A DNA stretch of 64,000 nt from Lingula anatina (Eukaryota > Animalia > Brachiopoda): the NCBI GenBank assembly GCA_051362555.1, contig CM120643.1, forward strand, positions 19,224,848 to 19,288,847. The letters are read 5' to 3'. The notes below the pieces were generated by a model, which was given only the letters and a program-made list of their open reading frames with translations, was not told where the DNA came from and searched no databases. This document shows positions 1 through 11,000 of the stretch, piece after piece; position 1 is the first letter of the stretch, and each line of letters opens with the position of its first letter. The position numbers and the translations under genes are program-made.

Positions 1-3000
1 ATCGCATGTATTTGAAATTGAATGAATAAAATGTTGCCGTTGCATATAACGTTTTGAGATATTTGATTAAGACTATTCAGCCCCTCAGTGATTATTTTAT
101 ATTTTCTGATATAGCATGTTATCTTAATTAAAAGACAATTCAGCGTTTTCAACAGGTTGATTGGATGTCCCTCGAAAAGCACAAAACCATTGATTGGTAT
201 ACGGACATAAAAAAAATTAAAGTGCGTGACAAGTTTCCAAGCTTCCTATCAATCTCTAGCGGTCAGATCGACATGTTGCCGATATTTTGACTAAGGCATA
301 AAGCATTTTGTCTTAGTTAACACCCCCTCCCTTTTCAAATGGAGTCTACGTATTTGCGAGTCGGTGTGTTCAAGCCTTTCTTACACCATATTTATGGCGG
401 TACAACTGCGATGGAAATGAAACGTGTGGGGGCGTGACGATTTCCAGCAATATCATTGGTCCTTATCAGTAGAGAGCTAAAAACAAAAGAACCCTAATTA
501 TGTTAAAACAACATGACTTAACAGAAACGAGCCAATCACAAAATACCTGCCCATAACACATGAAATAGGTATACAGAGAGATTTTATAAGATTTTCGCGT
601 GCTGGCGTGCTGTGAGAACGAGTTTGCTGACAGTACACGAATTTTACACATGATTTTTGAGTTTATTTTCTACGTCGAAAACATGTTAGTCTTGGCTTTT
701 TTTTCCATTAAACCCAAGTATTACAAGCGCGATGGAGGCTATGTTGTTTTCATTGTTACGACATGTTTTTGACATACAAATCAGATTGTTATGGGGCTTT
801 GTAAAATTGGATATTAGCCACGTGGTTTTGGCTCACATTTATGCCAGCTTTTATTCACAAGTTTACAATATGTTAACTCGAAAATGGTGAATTGACAGCT
901 GATTTTTTTAAAATGAAAACTAGTCTTGATATGGTGCACGAATGTATAACAGAACTTCAGTGTAATAACTGGTCTCTGAGTAATAGTCTCTTAGAATATC
1001 ATCAGCAGTTTTACAAGTTAATAATAATAACAGCCTGTTTTAATCAATAATTCAAATTTTTCTTAAATTTAAAAATGTCAGATTATAATATTGTCCTTCA
1101 AACATTTCAAAATCTGAACGAAAATTACGATGACATATCTCAAGTTGTGTCAGCTAGAGAGGGGTCCATTCAAATGTTCACTGAGGAAGTCTACGTGTAC
1201 ATGTAAAAGCATTTAAAACAATGCCAGGCAACCAACCCCGCAGCAGCGGTTTAAATTATCGGTATCTCGGTTCTTTTCTACGGTGGCTCTAACGAAAAAG
1301 TGTTTTAGGTGATATTCACAAAATACTCGTGGCAGTTTTATCTTTGCCATTTACTCCTCATTGCAATTACTACTATCAATTAAAATGAGAAAACAATAAA
1401 ATGACGGCACATTTTTATTAATAAAGTTTCCAGGTGCATTTACCTGAGCGTTTAAAGTTGGGGATAGAGCGACACATTTTGTTGTAAAGCAAATGACTTA
1501 CACTTCCACTAATTACAGATAATAATTAAAACGGAATCAAACGAGTAAAAGGATAGGGAGTTACTGAGTGTAAGTTAAGTTTCATCAAGAGTCAACAAGT
1601 GTAGAACATGTTTTTAGTGTCATAAAAAGATGGAAAAGGAACGGGAGAAAAGTCTGATAAATCAGGAGATTCTTAGTCTGAATCGGGAGGTCGGAAATAT
1701 AGTCCAAAATCGGGGGACCCCCGACGAGATCGGGATTGTTAACGTGTGTGAATTTCTTGAGATTTGAAGACGTTGGTATCAAATATAACGATAGGCTAAC
1801 CAATCAATAATACCCGACGGCAGTTTTTTTTTCTGGTTTCCTTTTTATGATATCTTTTATGATATCACCTGTGCCTGTCGTCGTCACTCTCGAAGATAAC
1901 ACGATAAGTACAAACCGTTTGACATAATGTCTCTAAACCCACAGAACCGATGAATATTTATAAAATACAGGTCGAATTTTCAAAACAGCGAATCACCACT
2001 TTCCAGAGGTTATGCTATTTTTTCGTATTTTCAGCACACGTTTATGCACAAATTGGCGCAAAGTTACCGATCAGTATTTTATATATTTTTATTGTTTTTT
2101 TTTTTTTTTTTTTTTTGGTATGCAAGTACAATGGCTGCAAATACATTTTACCTACACAAAATTTGAGGAAATGAACCCAGGTTATCATTCTGCGCTTAGT
2201 TATTACCCCAGACACGTGACCACCACCTTTACACTGATTGGCCGAAAGTTTAAACCTTTAAGACGTGAATACGTGCAACTTGTCCGAGAACTGTGATAAG
2301 GGGGTAGAGGTGGCCCCTCGGACTATTTGTCCCCTATTCTGAATTAGGCCTATTACATTTTCAAATATATCACAACTGGTATTGCGTACAGTCATTTTGA
2401 AGGTACATGTAGATGTATCCATCGTAGCCACATAGTGTTCTTGTTACAGTTTTGTTAACTAAAAGCTTAATGCAAACTAAAAAAACTATTGTACCAGTAG
2501 ATGAAAGTCAGATAATGATTATAGTGGGTCGAAACATTTCATTTGCTCTTTCTTTTTTGAGCCTGCATACGGTTATGCTGAAAAGGACTCACGTCCGACA
2601 TCATTAACACTCGTACAGACAACCGCTTCCTGAAAAAAGATGCATTTGTTTAAGGTAGCCGATCTATAATATCACAACATATAGGAAAACTTGCTTGATT
2701 GCTGAGCACCTTTGGTAAGTGCAACTGCCTTATGCTTTGAGAGAACAATTGTATAAAATCTGTAAACAATTAATGAAAAATGTGAATAATATTCTTCTTA
2801 TTTAGAGGTTGTTTTGTAAGGTCTTAACTTTTGTTTCAAAGCTGCTTAGTATAGCATATGGTTTTTCTTATAATTTAAAGCGTGGACTAACATGAGTGTT
2901 AAGGCTATTGTCACCCTTCACCCAAAACTCCTTATTTACTGCCTTACATGCATTCTTTTGGGTAAGAAATATATCTTTAGTGATCAGTGACTAAATTAAG

Positions 3001-5467
3001 TAACTTTTACACATATGTCATCTTACGGGTGACGTCATAATTGCGATTTTGGGTTAAAAACTGAAAAATCGGTTTCTCAAAATTCTCTTTTACCTAAGCA
3101 CCCAAGATCACCATTTCAACGCCGATTTATTGACACCATTTATTACTCCAAAACCCTGCAGCGATTTTTCTTAAAAGTCTTACATGTTATCGTTGATAAA
3201 GCAAATAATACCTTTGTTTAATGAAAATCTATAATTACGGGCTCATAACTCATAACAAAAGCATTCTAACCAAAACGCTGGCACGGGATTGTAGCTCATA
3301 CTCTTGCAGTCCACCATGGCAATTTTTGTGATAAAATCTTGTTCAGGGATGAAGTTAGACTCCATACCGATTTCTTATCTCGCCTCAAAATAGAAAGGTG
3401 TTAAACAGACGATTAAATTTTTGAGTTGCCTATGCTTGTACAATCCAACGAAAAAATATAAACGCCGATATTTTATATTATTATTTATTCAGAAGGGTGC
3501 TTTTACAAAAGTTCTACAGTAAATTGTTCAAAAATTTCAAACTTAATGTTCCTCAAGTAAGTGAGCATCTATCATGAAATATTATGGAATAAATGAATCC
3601 CTTATCTGGATCTTTTGTATCAAAATTGTATTTCTAATATTTCAGCTGCCAGTATTTAAGTAATTATGTCTTATTAAATGCTCTTATGCAATGCGTGCTT
3701 ATAACATCAAATCTACGACGTTAAAGCTAGAAAACGACCCAGCACAAATTGAGAAACTCAGTAGAAGATAATATCCGCTGACAGAAACGATGCATTCTAC
3801 GATAAAAGGACATTTTGAAAGTCTTTGAGAGCAAACTCTTTATGCCTCAGTCTTTTTTCTATATTGAATCAGATAGATATCCTTCATAGAAAATGACCAT
3901 TTCCCGGACCTTTGGTTATGTTAACAAAGGCTAATATATGATCTGGTTTTATAATGAGTGGACAACCCACTGCAATGAAAGAAACACGACATATGATTAT
4001 ATTCATTTATCTAAGCAATGCATTTGAAAAAAATTAAATTGAGAGAGTGAATGTTCTGCTTCATCCATATAATGACATCATGGGGGAGAAAATAAATCAA
4101 GTGCAACTCCGGATCGTTGCATTACTATCTCATAAGTCCAGAATCAGACTTATTTTCCAGTTGTGACATAAGAAAGTGTGTCAGATCTAAGTCTTTTTGC
4201 CTTGGTCATTTTTTTCTGTACTGCATAATAAAGTTTAACTGGGGAAAATTCAGGTTACGTTGGATCCTTTACATATCAAGCGGTATGCTTTACCCAAATA
4301 AGCTATACCGATACAGTTTGACAGGTGATAAACAGGGGCGTAACCAGACCTGCAAAATTTGTACGCACAGATTTAAAAAAAATTACAAGCACGTACAGCA
4401 AAATGTAGACTAACGCAAAACATAAAGGACTGCGTAATCACAGCAAATGTACCTCATATAGTAGCTTAATTCCCATTGATAATAAAATCATCATTTAAGT
4501 CAAAAATATTCTCGCGATTTAACAAATATTCTAATTTACCCAGAACGGTATATTTATTTAAAAGGAGGCTAATGTAAATATAGTTTTATAATTTGTTTGT
4601 GAAAATTGCTCATGTCACCCTGTTAGTTTGGAGGTCTAAGCTGGATCAAGTCCATGTTAATATTCCTATGAAGCTGTGCAGGAAAAATTCTTCCTTTGTT
4701 TCTCTAGCTCCTCCATAAACCTGGTGTTCAGATTTTATCTAGTACCCCCAGGTCTGCGGAAGCTGCTCTTTGAAACTAACGCACAGGTAGATTTTTACCT
4801 GAGATAAATATCGCCTGTGAGAGTGCGTTCGATACTCGCTACAGGAGAATTGAATGCCATTTAACCCTCTAATTAAGAGGTAAAGGAAGTTCCAGTTAGA
4901 TGGATGATTAAGATAGGACTTGTAAAGGTAATGGGCATTGTTTACCTCAGTTTAATAAAAGTATGCAAGACGGAATGTCTGCGGTTTAATAAAATTAATT
5001 GAATTTCACAAATAACATGAACCTCATATGCAATAATCAACAGTACCCTTAACTCATTCAAATGCAGTGTTTTATACAACTTGGGATAACCATAATTAAA
5101 TGCTTGTTAAAGAATTCACTAGACGGGAAATGGTTTTACACAGCTTCACGAGGATTTAGACCTCTCGGGAAAGAGATCTGAATGAGTATAAACTTTTATC
5201 AGAAGCCAGAGAAGTCATCTTACAGGTAGACAATGCAGCTCAGTTTGACAGCTAAGCACGCTCTGTTCTCCGGTGGCACGATTGTCGTCATCGGACCACG
5301 TGACCACGTAGCTCATTAACTCCCAGGCGTAGGGACGTTTTTTAAAGCCAAAAATTTACAAAATGAGCTATTAATTTGATTAATTGGATAAAGATATCGT
5401 TAGTGGGGCATGTTTTCTGAAGAATATGTTCCGTTGAGGCCATTCTGACGGTATGACGCAAATCCTT

Positions 5468-5607
5468 TAAGTTCCAGATCTGTGGCTCCAATGGAAGGAC
5501 TTTTAACTGAAGAGAAAGAAAATACAATTGCCGACGCAGATGCAAACTTTCTAAAGTATACCGTATTATTATGCAAAAGGTAATTTGCTAAGTCCCACGA
5601 GCGCCCT
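5468..5607 (+). repeat. 140-bp direct repeat, copy A
   Basis: TAAGTTCCAGATCTGTGG...CCCACGAGCGCCCT recurs ungapped with few mismatches at 6871-7010. Confidence 0.92.
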
Positions 5608-5670
5608 CATTCGTTCTCGTCTCGTGACATCCCGATTCAGGGGCCAGGTCGTTATAGTGATGGACTGACG

Positions 5671-5777
5671 TGCCTCATCCGGGACTCGAACCCGTGACTT
5701 TGCGTTACCAAGGTTGAAGACGCTTTGGATGTCTCATTTGCATCCCTGCACGCTACCGACTGCTCCGTGACTGACCC
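5671..5777 (-). pseudogene. Degenerate tRNA-like / SINE-head unit 1
   Basis: Minus strand has A-box-like GGAGCAGTCGGTAG and B box GGTTCGAGTCC (5682-5692), with an intron-sized spacer; acceptor stem does not pair. Confidence 0.55.
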
Positions 5778-5859
5778 GTCCACCCACCGTACGTGCGAGT
5801 TTCCTCTTATAGTAATCAATCGCAATTTCTAAAAATTAACTCTGGCGAAAAAAATGACA

Positions 5860-5939
5860 CAGCAGCTGCTGTGACTCGAACCAGCGTCCGGGTGGGAGCT
5901 GTTTGCAAGACAGCAGAGTTACCACGCAGCCACGACAGC
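5860..5939 (-). pseudogene. Degenerate tRNA-like unit 2 (intact anticodon arm reading TGC, long variable arm)
   Basis: Minus strand GCTGTCGTGGCTGCGTGGTAA...GCTGT-CTTGCAA-ACAGC...GCTGGTTCGAGTC, followed by a T7 run (5848-5854); acceptor stem unpaired. Confidence 0.6.
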
Positions 5940-5954
5940 TCCGTTGATACCCAG

Positions 5955-6078
5955 TGATCAGATGGAAACTTTCAACCTCGTCACGGAGAGCGCCAGATTG
6001 GAAGTACATGTGTAGACCTGCTGTCCCAATCCATAATCTGGGTGCCGCATTTCAGACCACTCAACCCCAGTCCCCGAC
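5955..6078 (-). pseudogene. Degenerate intron-containing tRNA-Leu-like unit 3
   Basis: Minus strand GAGTGGTCT D-arm-like segment, CCAGA...TCTGG anticodon stem split by about 39 nt, decayed B box GGTTGAAAGTT. Confidence 0.4.
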
Positions 6079-6870
6079 ATGAACGGTAAAGTTCATGGTG
6101 TACACGAAGTCGTGTTTGACAACCCGACTCGGAGCTCGAACTTGGTTTTATACTAAGATTGATTTTGGCTTTACCCATGATATTCAAGAGTACAGTGGGA
6201 TCAGAGGCGGTTCACAAAAGGCGGGGTTTACTTTTAGCGAGACCATAAGAGGAGAGAATAAATTAAAAAAAAAAAAAAAACACATCCAAGTGTTCAATTA
6301 CTGGTGCGATTGCAGTCAAGGGAATTTTGAATAAAACACATTTGGCAAATACTTCCGCCGAGGAGATATCGTTTTTCTACCGAACACGGTTAACAGGTGG
6401 TATGACGTGCTGTTATGCCGGAAAAGCTACAGAATCAAAACAAGTTGGGTCGTGTTCATTGCTAGTGATGCTTTTTACGTTCCTTGTAAGATGAATTTGG
6501 ATGTTTTTATTTTCTTTTGGTTTTGCACTGAGATAACGTTCGGTTTCACCTTTGACGTTGTAGAGCGCGATGACGTCCACAGCTGTTCACACCTCGGCGG
6601 TTTTAGTTTTGAGTAGTCTTTACACTTTCCAATGTCGACTGCGGACCTGCCCCGAGTACTTTATGAACATATGAACAGTCTTGAGAAGCAAGGCCCCAAT
6701 ATAGGAAAGGAGGGGCATAAAAAGACAAAACGTGTGCCTGATAAAAGGAGTAGAGGTGACGCGACTTTTGTAAAAAATCAAGTTTTCTCTCTGATAATCC
6801 CACCAAAAAGATATACATGTTGCACATTTTGATGAAATGCAAGCCGTACGGAGTTAGTTATAGCTCAATC

Positions 6871-7010
6871 TAAGTTCCAGATCTGTGGCACCAATATAAG
6901 GACTTTTAACTGAAGAGAAAGAAAATACAATCGCCGACGGAGATGCAAACTTTCTAAAGTATACCGTATTATTATGCAAAAGGTAATTTGCTAGATCCCA
7001 CGAGCGCCCT
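6871..7010 (+). repeat. 140-bp direct repeat, copy B
   Basis: Near-identical to 5468-5607. Confidence 0.92.
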
Positions 7011-7900
7011 AAATACTTACAACAAAACACCAAGCTAGCTCCATCTGATGATTGTTAAGGCCAGCTGTTTTTAAACTTTTGATTACTGGACCCAGTAAGA
7101 CATGAATGGTAGTTCTAAGAATTAAGTCCTGGGTCCCATATGATTAGTGCAGGTTATGGTTAGTCGGAGTATTGGGGTTAGTATATGGGAGGGATGTCAC
7201 CTGTACAAAGTAACGGGGAACGGACAACGGTCCCTAGCGAGCTACCATTCCTGTCACATATGAACCGTTGTCATGACATCAATATATGGCGTATGGGAAG
7301 AATTGTCCATACGCACACAAACGCAAGGGGTTTGCGAGACTAGGTGTGACAGAACCTTATCTGACAGATGACGTTTTAGTTTCGTTCGCTAGATTTACTC
7401 GTTCGTTTTAAACATTATTTAACGAAATCTGCAATGAGAACAATGCATCCTACTTAAACCCATTTTTTTTTTCTAGCAAAAAGCGAAGTCAATGATTTTC
7501 ATTTTTTAGTAATTTTTTTTTTTTTTTTTTTTTGCTTTTTCGTCTATCCAGTGTGTGCATGTGTTTTGTATGCGGAAGGGTGCGAGTGTGTGTGCGTGTG
7601 TGCTTGAGCTATTTTATAAAGCGCAAGCGCCAGCAATATTTGAACAAAAGAAATCTTAATCGATCATGTAATTCTTCTGATGCATAACCAATATTTTTTA
7701 ATTGTCATTGAGGATGTATTTTTCTTTGCTTCAAATGGACAGTTCACCAGCATTAATATGGGCGTAGACAGCATGTATTTTATTGTATAACTATAGTAAT
7801 GTCAGCGGGTCCGTAAAACCTGATGTCATTCACCTTGGCCTAGGACAATGTATTTAAAGGAGTGTCACCTTGCCTAACAGAGTACAGCAAGCGTAACACC

Positions 7901-8069
7901 ATGGACGTAATACCGAGTCTTCTGCTTAGTGTGGCACTGTGTTCTACCTTGACGGTGTGTTTGCCCCAGCCTCGGGGGGAGGGGCCGTCAGCCAGCGGAC
8001 TCCCTTCAGATTTCTTGTGGGGCGTGGCCACTGCCGCCTACCAGATAGAGGGCGCTTGGAAGGAAGACG
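7901..8069 (+). CDS. GH1 exon 1 (signal peptide, [14 protein letters not shown])
   Basis: ACCATGG start context; donor G/GTGAGT, phase 1. Confidence 0.9.
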
Positions 8070-11000
8070 GTGAGTTCGTTACCCTACCGTCATCAGTTTT
8101 AATAATTGCAAAACATCAGAAGATTTTTTATGCGATTAATTAACTTTGTATTCAGTTAATTTTATTTGTATGTATGCATCTATTTATTGGCACGTATCAT
8201 GAACTTTTTGTTAGATGGTGTTCATCTATTTGTTAATTTTTACATTTATTCACATATTTGTTTGTATTTATTCACTTATTTATCTATTTATTTATCTATT
8301 TGGTTGGTGGTGACGGTTCATGGTTTATTAGTCATTTGAATAATTGGTCGGTCGATTTCACCTTGTCTTCTAGGTAAGGGCCCCAGTATTTGGGATGAGT
8401 ACTCTCATAAGCCCGGTAATATTGACGACGGTTCCAATGGCGATGTTGCTTGTGACAGCTACCACAAATGGCAAGAAGATATGGAAATATTGAAACTTAT
8501 GCGGGTAATGACGTAAAATTCTTATATCCCACATTCATATTTTTGTGAGAGTCAGTAGAATGCAATTTAAAAACAATGGGATCAAATGGCTAGAATTAGT
8601 AATAATGTAAATGACATTGCCTGTTTTGATATGATTAGTGATGACATTTAGCTTTATTATCTGTACAGATATATGTATCCAGCTACGATTTCGATAAAAA
8701 GCTACATTTATAGCGTATCTACGTCATTCTTCGATAATGCACGCTTATTGCAACGATATGATTCATTCCATGATCCGCAATGAACTAAAACTGGTTGATA
8801 TTAACTTGTAGCAATAGCACGTCATGTCACATTCAAATTTTAGGAAAAATCCTAATATCGTTGAATTCGGTTCGTTTGATGAGCGATTTTATTGAGTTAC
8901 AAGGTCATTTTGTGAACAAACCTACTAATTTTATTTTTGTAATCTAAAGCTATTTTTGCCCCCTCCCTGCACTGGATACACCCCGAATTTCAGAGATAAC
9001 TGGAAATAAACCTCCATACATTATCAACATGCCTCTGCCGTCTCCAGTAACAGGAAACTCAGGGCGATCGAACATGTTTTACTACGCGTTTTCTTAACTT
9101 TAGGTCAAGCACTACCGCTTCTCCTTGTCTTGGCCAAGACTTCTGCCGGACGGGACCAAGGGTTCGTTGAACACCAAGGCCGTTGCTTACTACATGAACA
9201 TCATCAAAGCCCTGAAGGACAATGGTATTATCCCACTGATAACACTCTACCACTGGGACTTGCCCAAAACACTACAGGACAAGTATGGCGGCTGGCTCAA
9301 CGAGTCCATTATTCCGCTGTTCAAGGACTACGCCGAAGTTTGCTTTAAAACCTTTGGCGACCAGGTATAAAAATTATTAGAAATATTGTTTGAGGTTGGC
9401 TAAGTCACATACTTCTGGTCAATTTGATCCACACTAAGGTTTAAATCTAATAAATCTCAGTATCAAAATGGCCGTCGAATAAATGCATTTTATCGTAACC
9501 TTAATAGGATTGCAGGGGCGGATCTAGGATTATTTGAAGAGGGGGTCCATGGATGCGAAGCCGACCCTCCCTCCCCCCTCCTCCCAACACTTGGAGTGGG
9601 GTCCGCCGGGCATCGAATAATTTTTGTATTTTAGAGGGCGAACGTTGCCATTTTGTACGGTTTATGATTCAGCTAGTCAAAATTCTCATTTCAAGAGAGG
9701 ACCAGAAATCGAGGGTGGTGGGTCAGGAATCCCCTGACCCCCCAATCCCCCCCCCCCTAAATATGCCACTGGATTGCTAGTAAGAGAAATGTGACATTTT
9801 GTTTCATTTTTACAGGTCAAACACTGGCTGACATTTAACGAGCCGTGGTGTGTATCTGTGCTGGGTTATGAGGTGGGACAAATGGCGCCGGGTATTAAAC
9901 TGGCGGGAACCGGGGCCTACAGGGCCGCTCACACCATTCTAAAAGCACATGCCGAGGTGTACCACATGTACCATGAGAAATACAATACAGACAAATCAGG
10001 TACCAGTTGATAAAAAAAAACTTCGTTTAGGTCTTGTACAGACTTGACATTTAATATGGAATATTTCAGTTACGAAGGTATACCTAGGTAAAAATACGTT
10101 CTTTTTTCAAAAAACTCCGATTTCATATAAGATTTGTGAATGTAAAAGTATGCAGTCATGTGTGTCACTACCAATTAACTGACTTTCATGCATGTTGCGC
10201 TGCTACACTATGTAATTTGCAGTGATTTAATTGGGTAGTGTTCCTTTGGGCTGATCAAAGCTTGGCTTAGGCAAAGGTTGGTTCTGTCAAAAAAGTATCC
10301 ATTCGGCAACTACTGCATAGAAAAATTTGAAATTTTGCATGCAAGCGGTCAGTTTTGCAGTGCGTAAGATGAGTCAAGAAGTGCACTACAAATTTGTTAA
10401 TCTAAGGCAGAATGGCGCGAAAAAGACAGACATCACCAGACAGATCATAGCGCCAAACGGAACGGTCCCCACAGTTTTATAGAGTAATGCCCAGACTGAT
10501 GTACCTACACAGAGGTCACCCCCAATGTATCAAAATTTTACCTACAGGGTACAGGACCCACTGTCTTTCGGGATACGCAGCTGCAACTAAACAAAAAACA
10601 CTTAGTCCGTTCAGAACGAGGGGTAAATTGCCACTAAAATGCGTTTTTCAATGCCCTTAGCGAACACCAAACTGGTTTTAGCAGGTAAGAACACCAAATG
10701 ACCTCCGAGGTACCCACTGTATACAGCAAAACATCGTCGTCTGTTTCTCTAATGAATTGGGGGCCATGAACGATTCTGGTTAGAACACTGAAACTGCGTG
10801 GCTTTCTTTATTGAGGTCAGATTTCACCTGTACCGCCCAATTAGTCAAAACAGAGTTTACAGATATCCAGAAGAGGCCTACGACGAAGCATATGCCGGGT
10901 CTAAAGTGACAAGGGTGATTGACAGCGTCAGTATTTGGAGTAGATTCCACATTGGTGCCAAAACACCAATGGTAGTCATCGACGAAAACCTGAACCAGAT

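Noticed and set aside
5187-5225. Possible TATA box and non-coding first exon of GH1 (TATAAA...CAG/GTAGAC) splicing to the acceptor at 7880
   Set aside because: Plausible, but such motifs arise by chance in AT-rich DNA; needs 5' RACE.
5671-6078. Functional tRNA genes
   Set aside because: Acceptor stems do not pair; reported only as tRNA-like.
6142-6612. Selenocysteine or mitochondrial-code reading of the shared TGA in the minus frame
   Set aside because: No SECIS identified, other stops lie nearby in frame, and there is no resemblance to mitochondrial proteins.
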